Below, piece after piece: positions 1 to 9,982 of a stretch of 64,000 nucleotides of DNA. This DNA comes from Candidatus Sumerlaeales bacterium (GTDB lineage Bacteria > Sumerlaeota > Sumerlaeia > Sumerlaeales > Sumerlaeaceae): the NCBI GenBank assembly GCA_038243585.1, contig JBBSQY010000001.1, positions 1 through 64,000 on the forward strand, given 5' to 3'. The notes below the pieces were generated by a model that did not search any database, had not been told where the DNA came from, and saw nothing but the letters and a program-made list of their open reading frames with translations. How positions within the stretch are numbered: position 1 is the first letter of the stretch; each line of letters starts with the position of its first letter. A program made the translations under genes and the position numbers.

Positions 1-79
1 AAGGCAAACCTCCAGTTAAACATAAAAAAAACAAGAGTGAAGGAAACACGCCCACTCAACTTGACTCAAACCTGATAAA

Positions 80-238
80 CTAAAACTCCAAAACTAACGG
101 GCTATACGCTTGTTTAAGGACTAACACCGCTCCAAGAAAGGACTTAAACAGGGTCAGGACAAAAATGATCAGTATACAAGTCCAACTGGCTTTAGCCGCT
201 TTGTAAGGAAATGGTAGTTTCTCGGATTCAGTTTCCAT
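80..238 (-). CDS. Possible small membrane protein or gene remnant (52 aa)
   Basis: Manual translation METESEKLPFPYKAAKASWTCILIIFVLTLFKSFLGAVLVLKQAYSPLVLEF*; hydrophobic core; below the ORF-track length cutoff. Confidence 0.3.
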   Translation of the reverse strand: METESEKLPFPYKAAKASWTCILIIFVLTLFKSFLGAVLVLKQAYSPLVLEF

Positions 239-340
239 ATGATGTTCTTTCATTATCAGGGAGTAGACTATTAGGATAACTTTAACAATTTAACTACATG
301 CATAGGTATCTTAAGTTAGGATCTGGAGCAAGACAGCGGA

Positions 341-865
341 TTATCCTTGAGAATTTCTCACTTGCTCTTCGTCTGAATAGTCATCTGCCGCTTCGTATCT
401 GCAAAACGTTTCCAGCAAACCGTAGGACAACCCAAAGACGCCGCCGTACAAAGCCCCAATCATAAATAACACAGTGGCAGCCCAGGCCATCGCATCAACA
501 GTTAAGCTGTCCCGGATATGCACTCCATTTCGACTAAGGTTGTATGCTTCAAGAGCCGCGAATGCCGACCGGCTGCAAAACGCCAGACCTCCTGCCAGGG
601 CCGATCCAATTGCCATAAACGCAATAGACAAGGGTCGTTTCCATAATAGCCGGATGGGATAGGCAACAAGCACCACCACCAGATTCACCCCGATCGCGGC
701 CACAAGTGCGACCGCGAGAAACAGTCCGCCAACATCAAGCAGACCTCCGCGGGAAAAGAACACGGCCACCAGTGAAAAAATCAGGGAGCCCACCACAACC
801 GCAACCTGGCCTGCCCCCAGCATCCAGATGAAGATTTGACCACTTCTGCTATTGAAAAAACTCAT
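341..865 (-). CDS. Hypothetical integral membrane protein (about 4 TM segments)
   Basis: 174 aa with four long hydrophobic stretches; no recognised motif. Confidence 0.7.
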   Translation of the reverse strand: MSFFNSRSGQIFIWMLGAGQVAVVVGSLIFSLVAVFFSRGGLLDVGGLFLAVALVAAIGVNLVVVLVAYPIRLLWKRPLSIAFMAIGSALAGGLAFCSRSAFAALEAYNLSRNGVHIRDSLTVDAMAWAATVLFMIGALYGGVFGLSYGLLETFCRYEAADDYSDEEQVRNSQG

Positions 866-1005
866 GTTCCCATTATATCATTTCGCCTGGGTTAAAGCTT
901 ATAACGCGGTCGGCAAGGGAATGTTTATGGGTTTTCATACCTTTGTGGTGTTAGCCAACCGCGCTCCAATGCCAAAAGTTCACCAGCTTAGGTAGCACAA
1001 AAATA

Positions 1006-1038
1006 GAAACGGCGCCCGGATAATCCGGGCGCCGTTTC
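1006..1038 (-). terminator. Intrinsic terminator of 1077..2600
   Basis: Perfect 15-bp inverted repeat GAAACGGCGCCCGGA-taa-TCCGGGCGCCGTTTC followed by TATTTTTG on the minus strand. Confidence 0.85.
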
Positions 1039-1076
1039 CATTTATTTATGTAGCCGTCATAAGGCAGCAGTTTGTA

Positions 1077-2600
1077 TTAGTAAACGCTCCAGTTGCCTAC
1101 ACTGGACCCTGTGCCTACGTAGTCGCCGTAGCCGCTCAGGTCTGATCCGCCAGTGCCCGCGTTGTCATACGTGGCCGCTGCCACGTCAACAAAGTCGGCC
1201 GCCGGATACGTATCGGCATTTACGAATTCCGGATCCGTATTAATAACGTTCGTCTGAACTGGCGTTGGGGTACCACCAGTTAGAGAGAAAGGGCTAGCGG
1301 CTAGCGAGTGCGGTCCGGCAGTTACAATCGCGGAATTAGTAAAACTAATTGCCGCGTTGGGCATATTAAACTGCAAAGCGTTTTTGCCTGTTCCATCGCC
1401 GATATCACCATTGCCCGCAATCACGGAATCCACGAAGGTGATAGGTCCGGTTGATGCCCCTGGGGTTGCTTCCAATAAATTGACAATCTCGAAAAAACTG
1501 GTACTGGGCGCGCGCACATTATTAACCATTGTTACGCTATTGAAAGACCACGGTGTTTTAATGTCACCAATTGCGACTACTGCTGAATCGGCATTATCAA
1601 CCCATGCTACTTTTGTTGCAGTTAATGGCACAACGCTGTCAGCAGGATCGATAAAGTTTGTGGCAATTGCCGTATTATTGTTTTTATAAAATACCACATT
1701 TTCCATCTTCACCTTGCTATCAGGCAGGCTGTTATTATCGAAGTAGATGCACAATGCGGCGTTTTTTACGGGCGTTCCCTGCAGATTACCAGTAAAAACA
1801 ACGGGCTCGGTTTCGGTGCCCACAATATTAACAATTGAGCCATCGCTCGCAACCTGAACTCCGGCGCGGTTCATAAAAGAAAAAACGCTGCCTGGTCCGA
1901 TATTAAGCGTGCGAAGCGCATCGGAAGGAAAAAATACAAGCCCGTCATTTGTCACGGCATCGCCATTAAAAATATTGCTAATGATGACACCTGTAGTATC
2001 CACATCCACGAAACCAGTGAAGAACATACCATCATCGGCAAAAGATGTCTTGCCCGCGTTAGCGGTCAGGCTCAGGCCATCAGTAGTCACGGCCGCGTTA
2101 GACCCGTTGTTGCTGCTCAGCAGGACGTTTACGAGTTCTATCTTCATATCATCGGTAGAAAGGCTGCCGGTGTTATTACTGGAACGAACGCCACGGGTAG
2201 GGGCGTTGCCCACCGCGGGAATGATGTCCATGTTTTCCAGGCGGACCTTGATGTCGCCACCACTGCCAGCATTAGTATAGATGCCAATGCCGTTGCCGTT
2301 AAGGGTTCCATCTGGAGCGCCGGCGATAGGCGGCGTTACGACAGTCGGGCGAATCAGGGCTCCGCGAACGGTAACGCTGAAGTTGATAAGCAAGTTTTCC
2401 TGGTAAGGGCCGCCGGCAACAATTTCAACGATCCGGGGCTCCTGCGTGGTTTTTACGTAATTCAACGCAGCGGTGATGGTTTGATAACTGACAGTGGGAA
2501 CTTCCGGGACCACGCTGTTTACAGAAACGGTAGCGGCCGACACGGAACAGGCCAAGCCAGCTATGGCCCCTATGGATAAAAATCTTAAAACGGAATGCAT
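1077..2600 (-). CDS. Secreted Asn/Gly/Thr-rich protein, probable beta-helix (pectin-lyase-like) fold, with C-terminal W-x-V-Y tail
   Basis: Sec signal (ACSVSA-A); SYQTITAALN resembles the N-terminal cap of beta-helix proteins; ends SSVGNWSVY. Confidence 0.7.
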   Translation of the reverse strand: MHSVLRFLSIGAIAGLACSVSAATVSVNSVVPEVPTVSYQTITAALNYVKTTQEPRIVEIVAGGPYQENLLINFSVTVRGALIRPTVVTPPIAGAPDGTLNGNGIGIYTNAGSGGDIKVRLENMDIIPAVGNAPTRGVRSSNNTGSLSTDDMKIELVNVLLSSNNGSNAAVTTDGLSLTANAGKTSFADDGMFFTGFVDVDTTGVIISNIFNGDAVTNDGLVFFPSDALRTLNIGPGSVFSFMNRAGVQVASDGSIVNIVGTETEPVVFTGNLQGTPVKNAALCIYFDNNSLPDSKVKMENVVFYKNNNTAIATNFIDPADSVVPLTATKVAWVDNADSAVVAIGDIKTPWSFNSVTMVNNVRAPSTSFFEIVNLLEATPGASTGPITFVDSVIAGNGDIGDGTGKNALQFNMPNAAISFTNSAIVTAGPHSLAASPFSLTGGTPTPVQTNVINTDPEFVNADTYPAADFVDVAAATYDNAGTGGSDLSGYGDYVGTGSSVGNWSVY

Positions 2601-2952
2601 ACAAAACCTCTAGTTTTATTTGGGTGAATCAAACAATAGTTGACACACACTGTTCCTTAAGACATTAACAGTTTGCCGAAGTTGCTATTTAGGCGAAATG
2701 AGACAAATATTGTGGGCAGAGTCTTCACGCTCTTGAGGCATTAGGGCACCCAAATTTGATGCTACAAGAACCGCTGTACCACAGATTGGCGCCCGCGATT
2801 ATACCCGCCTTTTAACCTTTATCACTAACGGTTATTGCTAATAAAGGAATCGGATGGCGGGGTGACGGTACTATACCGGTCAGGCGTCGGGCGGATAGTT
2901 TGCTATTGAAAAGAACTGCCAGGCGCTTAAATTATTACCCGAAACGGATCAG

Positions 2953-5900
2953 ATGTCGCTGTCGAGATGGTCGCAAAACAGTAAGAAGAATCCCTACATA
3001 GCCAAGTGGGAACCCGCACTTTTGGAGTTTCTAGAAAACGGTGTTCCTAAACTATTGGGCCGCGTTACTCCTTATTTGAGCGATCGCTTATTCGATATCG
3101 AGGCAGAGTCGGCGGAGATGCTTTCGTGTTGGGTTGACGGCAACAGCGACGAATATGAGACGTTGATACGTCCAGTATCCGGGTCTCTTTACGCAGAATG
3201 CACATGTCCGGTGGGTGATGACTGCAAACATGCTCTTGCCTTGGCGCTTGTGCTGGTGTGGCAGGCGCGGAAGGCGGGAAACGATCTGCCAGAGAAGCTT
3301 GAAAACGATTATGCAACCGCCTTTGATCTGCTTGATGAGACCGACCTTCAAATAGATAACCTCAAACGCATTCTCGGTTCCCCCGCAGAAGCGGAGTCGA
3401 CAATATCTGACCGCGCACAACCCCCGGAAAACTGGTGGGGAATTATCGCAGCTAATGTCGGATGGACTGAGCAAAAGCAGATCATTCAGAAGGTGCTTAA
3501 GGTTCGCCTGCCTGGGGTATCCTTCTGGCATCTTGAAAACATTGCAAATGCCCTGAAGACGGTTAAGAATCCCATTCACCGCCTGAAGATGATGAATGAA
3601 AAAGTGGAAGAGTTCCAACGGGGCTACTCATACAATCGCTCTGGAAGAGGGGTTCGAGAACCAGACTCCGGACTAATGGCGTTTCTCTCATCACCGGAGG
3701 CTGTTAAGCTTGAAGCAAAGTATGATCGGGAGATAGCGCAGGCTGAATTGGTCCAGTGGCTGCACCGGGCAGGAGAAATACGGGAAGAACAGCATCTTGT
3801 TGAGCGGATGGAAATTACCTGGATGCCTGTTCCGGCGCTGGATGGATTTTCGACACTATATTTTCAGATGAAAGTAGATGCCGGCCAGCGCGGTCTTTTA
3901 GCGCGCAAGCCGGGGGGTATCCTCCAGGTCGGCCGCGACATCGAAGGCGGGAAACGCAACTTCGGACGCTCGCGCAACAATCTGATTTCATGGATAGCAG
4001 AAAGCCACTGCTATTCCACTACCAGTTTCCGGGATAAAGAAGACCCTCGCGATGAGACGCTGATTCCCGTTTCCCACATCTATCAGTGGGTAACCACCTG
4101 GGGCAAGCTGATCCGCTGGCATGACGGTGGCACCATCACATTTTCGCCGCACTCGGCCGAACTGACCCTGTCTGAGGGCGATGGCGACAATCCTCATTGG
4201 GTGGTAAAATTTGCTCCGCGGGCCGATGGATCAGAACGAGAAATCGCCTTTACTGACGCTTCGATTATTGTTGATCGCCCGGAGGGTCATGACGGTTCGG
4301 ACGACGCCTTCAGCTATTTTATCCGAGACGGGGATATCCTGACGCGGATTGAAACTCACGGGATGTCTCCGACGGTCTTACGCGCCATCAGAAAGCTGGG
4401 CGCGATTCCCATGCATGCGCTGGCAGGCACTCCAGCCGGAAGCGCTCTATTCCACGTCCTGTCGCAAGGGCGCGAGCGGGGGCGCTTGAGCCGCTGGACG
4501 ACGGAAATACCGTGCCGGGGGGAAGTGGAACTAGCAATCGATGAGGAGACGGATTTTATTGTCTCCGCGCGAGCGCGCGCAATCGCGCCCGATGGGCCTT
4601 GTTTCAGCTGGAGGCCACATTCAGGGTGGGTGGTGCGCGGGGACGCACAGCAACGTCCTGATGTTGACGGCGTTGCACTAGAGGACGTCGAGAGTGGGAA
4701 TTCATTGCCGCTGGAGCCGCAGGAAGCTGAACTTTCTGCAGCCATCAATGACGCCGCCACCGTTCGCGAGCCTGAGGTTTTAGAAGGCGCTCCTGACGAC
4801 CTGATCAGCGCGGAACTGGATGCTGACGGGAAATCGCGGCCCCGCCTGCACAGCCTGCCGCGCCGGGAAGATGTGGAGCAGCTCGAGCACTGGCTGGATG
4901 CGGTTACGTTGTGCGTAAGCGGTATGGTAGCTCCGTCAGATGACCAGTCGCTAAAGGGGCAGCTGAGTTCTTCTGGCCTGGCCGCTTTTCTTCCGCTATG
5001 GTTCCAGCGTCCGGGAAACATCGATTATTTCGGCAACAATGAGTTTCGCAAGATGGTCACCGTGCGAGCCGCCCCGAAAATTTCCGTTGAAGCGGAGCCG
5101 TCGGGACTCGACTGGCTAAAGGTTTCCGTTACACTTGAAGAGGAAATCAGCCAGACCTCCTTCGCTGAGATGTCGAAACTGCTGGCGGCTGGAGCGGAAA
5201 ATTTCGTGCGGCTACCCAATGGAGGAATTTATAGACGGGCGGACCTGGAGGAGTATCGTGATCAACTGGATCAGTTGAACGCTTTGGGTCTGACGACAAA
5301 CCCGGCGGAGCAGAAACTGCATGCGCTTCACTTGGCGGGCGCACCGGCTGGGGTGCTGTCACAGCTGGAAGCCGGCGGGGGCGCTCTTACCGCGCTGGCG
5401 GAAAAGTCGCGCCAGATACTTTTGGATTTTTCCGGCATACCAGCGGCCCCTGTGGCTCAGGAGACGGGAGATTTTCTACGCCCCTACCAGCGTAACGGAC
5501 TCAATTTTCTTGTATGGGCGGCCAATAACTTTGGCGGCGCGCTGCTGGCGGATGACATGGGATTGGGTAAAACCCTCCAAATGATTGCCACCCTTTTATC
5601 TCTGCGTGAAAGCGCTGCGTCTTCTAACGGAGCCGAAAGCGCACCGCCCGGACCGACCCTGGTGGTATGTCCCGCTAGTGTCGCTCACAACTGGCAGCGG
5701 GAAGCACATCGATTTGCTCCGGAACTGAGCGTTATGGTCCTTGAGCGGGGCGCTGCCCGGCGTAAACAGCTGGAGCAACTTGAAAAGCATGACATTGTGA
5801 TTATGAACTTTTCTTTGCTACGGCGCGACATCGAAACTTTAAGTGAAATAAGCTGGTTTGCCATTGTGGCCGATGAGGCGCAGGCCATCAAAAATCCTCA

Positions 5901-6870
5901 TTCGGAATCAAGTCGCGCGCTGAAGCAGCTGAATGCGCGATACAGGTTTGCCATGACGGGAACGCCCATAGAAAATCGAATCTCTGATTTGTATTCCATC
6001 GTGGATTTCGCTCTGCCCGGCTACCTGGGCCCGATGGACAAATCCACCAATTCAACGGATCCGGAATCGGCAGCACGGGCCAGTCAGTTGCTGCGCTCTC
6101 GCTTGCGTCCGGTGCTCATCCGCCGGCTGAAGGCGGAGGTCGCGCCTGAACTTCCAGAGCGGGTGGAAACGCGGATCGACTGCGACATGGGCGCCGCCCA
6201 GAAAAAGCTGTATGCGGCCGAAGTGAAACGAGTTCGCCTGATGCTCGACGGCATGACAGAGTCCGGCGTCAAAGGCAAGCAGCGCATCGAAATGCTGGCC
6301 GCTCTCATGCGGCTGCGCCAGATTTGTTGTGACCCGCTCCTGCTCGGACATCCTGAGGTTTCCAGCGGTAAAACCGATGAGCTGCTTGAGCTGGTGCCGC
6401 CGTTGTTACAGGCTGGCCACAAGGTTCTTATCTTCTCACAGTTTGTGAAAATGCTGAACCACCTGGAAGAGCAACTGGTGGAGAAGGACATCCGCACGTA
6501 TAAACTCACCGGCGCCACCACGAACCGGCAGGATCTTGTCGATAAGTTTGAAAATGATGCGGATCCCGCAGTGTTTCTAATTTCTCTGAAAGCCGGAGGC
6601 ACGGGCCTGAACCTGGTTTCCGCCAGCCACGTAATCCTTTTCGATCCATGGTGGAACCCGTCTGTAGAGGCCCAGGCCATCGACCGGACCCATCGGATTG
6701 GTCAGGACAAGACGGTGGTGGCATATCGCCTGGTTACCCAGGGCACGATTGAAGAGCGCATCTTGGAACTACAAGAGCAGAAGCGGGCGCTGGTGCGGAA
6801 CATACTTGAAGAGGATTCGTTTAACCGCACCCTTACCAGCGAGGATTTCCAGTACCTGCTGGGCGGGTAG
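2953..6870 (+). CDS. SWIM zinc finger plus SNF2-family helicase/ATPase
   Basis: SWIM CTCPVGDDCKH; LADDMGLGKT, DEAQ, TGTPIEN, FDPWWNP, QAIDRTHRIGQ. Confidence 0.95.
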   Translation: MSLSRWSQNSKKNPYIAKWEPALLEFLENGVPKLLGRVTPYLSDRLFDIEAESAEMLSCWVDGNSDEYETLIRPVSGSLYAECTCPVGDDCKHALALALVLVWQARKAGNDLPEKLENDYATAFDLLDETDLQIDNLKRILGSPAEAESTISDRAQPPENWWGIIAANVGWTEQKQIIQKVLKVRLPGVSFWHLENIANALKTVKNPIHRLKMMNEKVEEFQRGYSYNRSGRGVREPDSGLMAFLSSPEAVKLEAKYDREIAQAELVQWLHRAGEIREEQHLVERMEITWMPVPALDGFSTLYFQMKVDAGQRGLLARKPGGILQVGRDIEGGKRNFGRSRNNLISWIAESHCYSTTSFRDKEDPRDETLIPVSHIYQWVTTWGKLIRWHDGGTITFSPHSAELTLSEGDGDNPHWVVKFAPRADGSEREIAFTDASIIVDRPEGHDGSDDAFSYFIRDGDILTRIETHGMSPTVLRAIRKLGAIPMHALAGTPAGSALFHVLSQGRERGRLSRWTTEIPCRGEVELAIDEETDFIVSARARAIAPDGPCFSWRPHSGWVVRGDAQQRPDVDGVALEDVESGNSLPLEPQEAELSAAINDAATVREPEVLEGAPDDLISAELDADGKSRPRLHSLPRREDVEQLEHWLDAVTLCVSGMVAPSDDQSLKGQLSSSGLAAFLPLWFQRPGNIDYFGNNEFRKMVTVRAAPKISVEAEPSGLDWLKVSVTLEEEISQTSFAEMSKLLAAGAENFVRLPNGGIYRRADLEEYRDQLDQLNALGLTTNPAEQKLHALHLAGAPAGVLSQLEAGGGALTALAEKSRQILLDFSGIPAAPVAQETGDFLRPYQRNGLNFLVWAANNFGGALLADDMGLGKTLQMIATLLSLRESAASSNGAESAPPGPTLVVCPASVAHNWQREAHRFAPELSVMVLERGAARRKQLEQLEKHDIVIMNFSLLRRDIETLSEISWFAIVADEAQAIKNPHSESSRALKQLNARYRFAMTGTPIENRISDLYSIVDFALPGYLGPMDKSTNSTDPESAARASQLLRSRLRPVLIRRLKAEVAPELPERVETRIDCDMGAAQKKLYAAEVKRVRLMLDGMTESGVKGKQRIEMLAALMRLRQICCDPLLLGHPEVSSGKTDELLELVPPLLQAGHKVLIFSQFVKMLNHLEEQLVEKDIRTYKLTGATTNRQDLVDKFENDADPAVFLISLKAGGTGLNLVSASHVILFDPWWNPSVEAQAIDRTHRIGQDKTVVAYRLVTQGTIEERILELQEQKRALVRNILEEDSFNRTLTSEDFQYLLGG

Positions 6871-6931
6871 TTGATCGGGGAGGGGTGCTACCTGGAGCTT
6901 GCGCCCCGGCCGACCAACTCTAACCCTGCCG

Positions 6932-8962
6932 CTATTCTCTAATGAACCACCCGCTGTCGGGGCTAGCCGCTTTTTCGTTCCACTCCGGTTTCCACCAGAG
7001 TTCGGCTTTCTTTGAGCCGGTTGTGTCGCAGTCGTTGACTTTCACGTTCAAGGCAAATTTGGTCCACGCCGTCCCCTGGGCTTCGTTGAACAGATCCACC
7101 GGCACCGCCATTTCCATCTGATAGCCGTCGGGAGTGCTGACGCAAACGGCGTTAAATTGATGGTCGCCGCGGAAATAAACCACACCTGATGTGGAATTGT
7201 CCGACGGTCTTGCCACCACGCGCAGCAACCTATTTGAAACGCTAGTTGACGGTTCACCCTCAGTCGTTGCTAGATTCTCAGGTGTCCCCAGGGAAAGAAA
7301 AAGCTCCGTAAAGTCACCTGTTTTAATCTTCTCAGCATCTATTGGGGCAACTATGCTGTCGTCTTTAATCCGCGCGGCGAGGTAGATAAATTCGTCATCC
7401 CACTGCGACGCAATCTCCACCGACGCATCATCCATTCCGCCCCACGCCCGCTTTGATCCAATCACCGCGTCAAAGGACTGAGGCCTGCTCCAGCGCGTTG
7501 TCCATTCCGCGAAGTTACCGTCTATCGCGGCGCCGTCCACAGCCCTTTTTGCCACTCGCGCAGAATCAAAAACGAGGGGTACGGTGCTGGTAATTTCCAG
7601 CTTGGGTTTGCCCGGGATAACCGCCGTGCCGACCCACTGCATATCCAAACCCTCTAAAGGCGTATCCTTTGAGGCGCGGCTACCATCCACTTGAAACTTG
7701 AAGTTCTGTCTGCTTTTAGGTGGTAATGTTACAGTCGCAGAAGTGGGTTTAAAACGGACAGCCCCTTTGGGGGGTAGCAGCGTGAGGGTGAGCGGAACGG
7801 TGGACTGATTGTCCAGTCGCATATTCATGGTGGCGGTAGAGAACGGCACAGGATCGGTGGCAGTTAACCTGGCCGTTACTGCGCTTCTTAACATTGTTCG
7901 GACCATCAAAGCCACATCATCCGTTCGAACATCCTCATCAAGAATACCGTCCAGCAGAAGGTTAGCCATAATAGGCCCGTTGTCGGTCATAGTGATCCAG
8001 ACAACCTCATCAAACTGGCCATAGTCTTCGGCACCCCGCAAAGCGCTTCCGCCGCCCGTCGTGGCCAGGACGAAATATTTGCTGTTGTTTCGCACAAATT
8101 TGGTATAAGAATGCACGTGGCCAGCGTAAACTGTGTGTTTTCTGCCCTCGAGCAATTGTTCCATGTCGTGCCAGCGCGATTCCTTCAACAGCTTAAGCTC
8201 GTTTTCTCTGGTTGGCGAAAGGCTCTTCATTCCATCAAACACCCATACAGGGCGATGCATAAAGACAAGTGTCCAGCGAACGTCCTGATTTTCCGCCAAC
8301 GCCTTTTTAAAATACTGGATCTGCTTGGCAGACAAAGCGCCTTTGCCAGCGTCCTCCGTATCCAAGCATAGAAAAAGCACGTTACCGTACGTAAAATGAT
8401 AATAATTAGGACCGAATCGCCGACTCCATTCTGCCTTTTGCGTGGCGTTTGAAACGTCATGATTGCCCGGCACATAAAAAAATGGCATTGTCAATTTCGC
8501 CACCTGAGCTTCCAAGTCATCCCACTGCTGGCGGACCAGCTTTTCGTCAGTGGAATATCCCATTATCAGATCGCCCACGCTCATAACGAATTCCGGCTGC
8601 AGCAGGTTGAGCTTGCTAATGGCAGACTGAAAAACACCGGGACGCATGGCCCCGGTATTGTCGCTTACGATGGCAAACTGAAAGTTTTTCGGATCATTGT
8701 TCAGATTAGTTCCGCTCCACGGTTTGGACTGGTCGCCAAGTACCGGAAGCCTCAGTTGCGGCATTTCCACCGGTTTGGCTGGCACCGCCTGGAGAGAGTT
8801 TAAATCCGGTGATTCAGACGCCGGAGCGGCTGACTGAGAAACCGTAGTGCCAGCATCCCCCGGAGCCACCGCAAAATCCTCGTGCCCGGGATGACCACAA
8901 ACGGTCGAAACCAGCAGTATGGTCAACGCGGGAACTAGCATTTTCATCTCGTTATAAAACAT
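6932..8962 (-). CDS. Secreted calcineurin-like metallophosphoesterase with C-terminal CBM9/DOMON-like domain
   Basis: Signal peptide; SD, GD, GNHD, MH and GHVH metal motifs; C-terminal IDGNFAEW...WDDEFIYLAARIKDD...GYQMEMAVP. Confidence 0.8.
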   Translation of the reverse strand: MFYNEMKMLVPALTILLVSTVCGHPGHEDFAVAPGDAGTTVSQSAAPASESPDLNSLQAVPAKPVEMPQLRLPVLGDQSKPWSGTNLNNDPKNFQFAIVSDNTGAMRPGVFQSAISKLNLLQPEFVMSVGDLIMGYSTDEKLVRQQWDDLEAQVAKLTMPFFYVPGNHDVSNATQKAEWSRRFGPNYYHFTYGNVLFLCLDTEDAGKGALSAKQIQYFKKALAENQDVRWTLVFMHRPVWVFDGMKSLSPTRENELKLLKESRWHDMEQLLEGRKHTVYAGHVHSYTKFVRNNSKYFVLATTGGGSALRGAEDYGQFDEVVWITMTDNGPIMANLLLDGILDEDVRTDDVALMVRTMLRSAVTARLTATDPVPFSTATMNMRLDNQSTVPLTLTLLPPKGAVRFKPTSATVTLPPKSRQNFKFQVDGSRASKDTPLEGLDMQWVGTAVIPGKPKLEITSTVPLVFDSARVAKRAVDGAAIDGNFAEWTTRWSRPQSFDAVIGSKRAWGGMDDASVEIASQWDDEFIYLAARIKDDSIVAPIDAEKIKTGDFTELFLSLGTPENLATTEGEPSTSVSNRLLRVVARPSDNSTSGVVYFRGDHQFNAVCVSTPDGYQMEMAVPVDLFNEAQGTAWTKFALNVKVNDCDTTGSKKAELWWKPEWNEKAASPDSGWFIRE

Positions 8963-8989
8963 TGTTAATAGCCACCTAAGAAGCCAGTT

Positions 8990-9862
8990 TTAATCCAACC
9001 GCGCAAGATCTACCCAGGCGCCGCCAAGGTTTCTACTATCTTCTGCAGCGTGTTCAACGGCCACGGTCGCAAACTGCTCTTCAAGAGAAACCGGAGATTC
9101 TTTGGTTTCAAAAAACCGAAGATACTCTTCCACCAGATTAATATAAAACTGGTCCCAGTTGAGAACGACAGCCTTATGTATATGGTTTCCAGAGCGAACC
9201 CCCAGTTCCCACGGGAACACGTCCGCCTGGTTTTCGCATTCGTGACATTCGATGAGGCAACGACGTGCGCCGTCGTCCAGTATAACAGCCCGGTCAAGCT
9301 CTGTACCAGTATCGCAGAGGCGCTTGATGTGAGGACCAAAAGCGCGCAGGGCCAGGGCAATCGTGTGGACGCCATAATGCATCCGCCAGCGGCCCATTCC
9401 GCGGGCAAAAACGTAATCATAAGGGCCATCAACCTTCGCCATAAGATCGCGAACCTCATCAGCAAAACGCAGTGACGAGGAGGTCATAAGCGGGGTGGCA
9501 TTTTCTCTGGCTATGGCTACCATTTCTCGGGCGTCGTCGATGGTATGGGCCAAATATTTGTCGACATAAACTGGCTTGCCAGACGCGAGAGCCACGCGGG
9601 AAAGCTCCAGATGTGCCTCCGGATTGTTGGGCGAGACCACCATAAGTACATCGCTGGCTTCCACGACCTCTTCCGGAGATGATGCTCGCGAAATGTTGTT
9701 CTCCTTGCACCAATCGCCTTTATCCGTATCCCGGTGAGATTCGTAGGCTGCGGCAAATTCAAAGCGGCCATTGCCTGTGTCGCCTAGAATATGGGGCAGG
9801 AAAACCTGGCTATGATGAGTGTAAAGGTGGTGATCGAGCCACCCGATCTTAAGTTTAGACAT
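8990..9862 (-). CDS. Gfo/Idh/MocA family oxidoreductase
   Basis: GKPVYVDKYLA (EKP-like) motif, SSSLRFA, YGVH. Confidence 0.85.
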   Translation of the reverse strand: MSKLKIGWLDHHLYTHHSQVFLPHILGDTGNGRFEFAAAYESHRDTDKGDWCKENNISRASSPEEVVEASDVLMVVSPNNPEAHLELSRVALASGKPVYVDKYLAHTIDDAREMVAIARENATPLMTSSSLRFADEVRDLMAKVDGPYDYVFARGMGRWRMHYGVHTIALALRAFGPHIKRLCDTGTELDRAVILDDGARRCLIECHECENQADVFPWELGVRSGNHIHKAVVLNWDQFYINLVEEYLRFFETKESPVSLEEQFATVAVEHAAEDSRNLGGAWVDLARLD

Positions 9863-9982
9863 GAAAGAAACCTTGGAGAGTTATGATGTTGCTGTAAAGC
9901 CTAATGTTTGCGAAACTTTCCTGGCCTGCAACGTACGCAAACGGTATAAGAGGCCCGGAACATCGAACATCTTGTGGTGCCA

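Noticed and set aside
2953..6870. SNF2 helicase as part of an anti-phage system
   Set aside because: The SWIM-SNF2 layout is a common stand-alone type; no methylase, nuclease or PLD partner is adjacent
6932..6960. Metallophosphoesterase C-terminus DSGWFIRE as a fifth W-tail
   Set aside because: It lacks the upstream aliphatic residue and the aromatic at W+3; probably part of the domain
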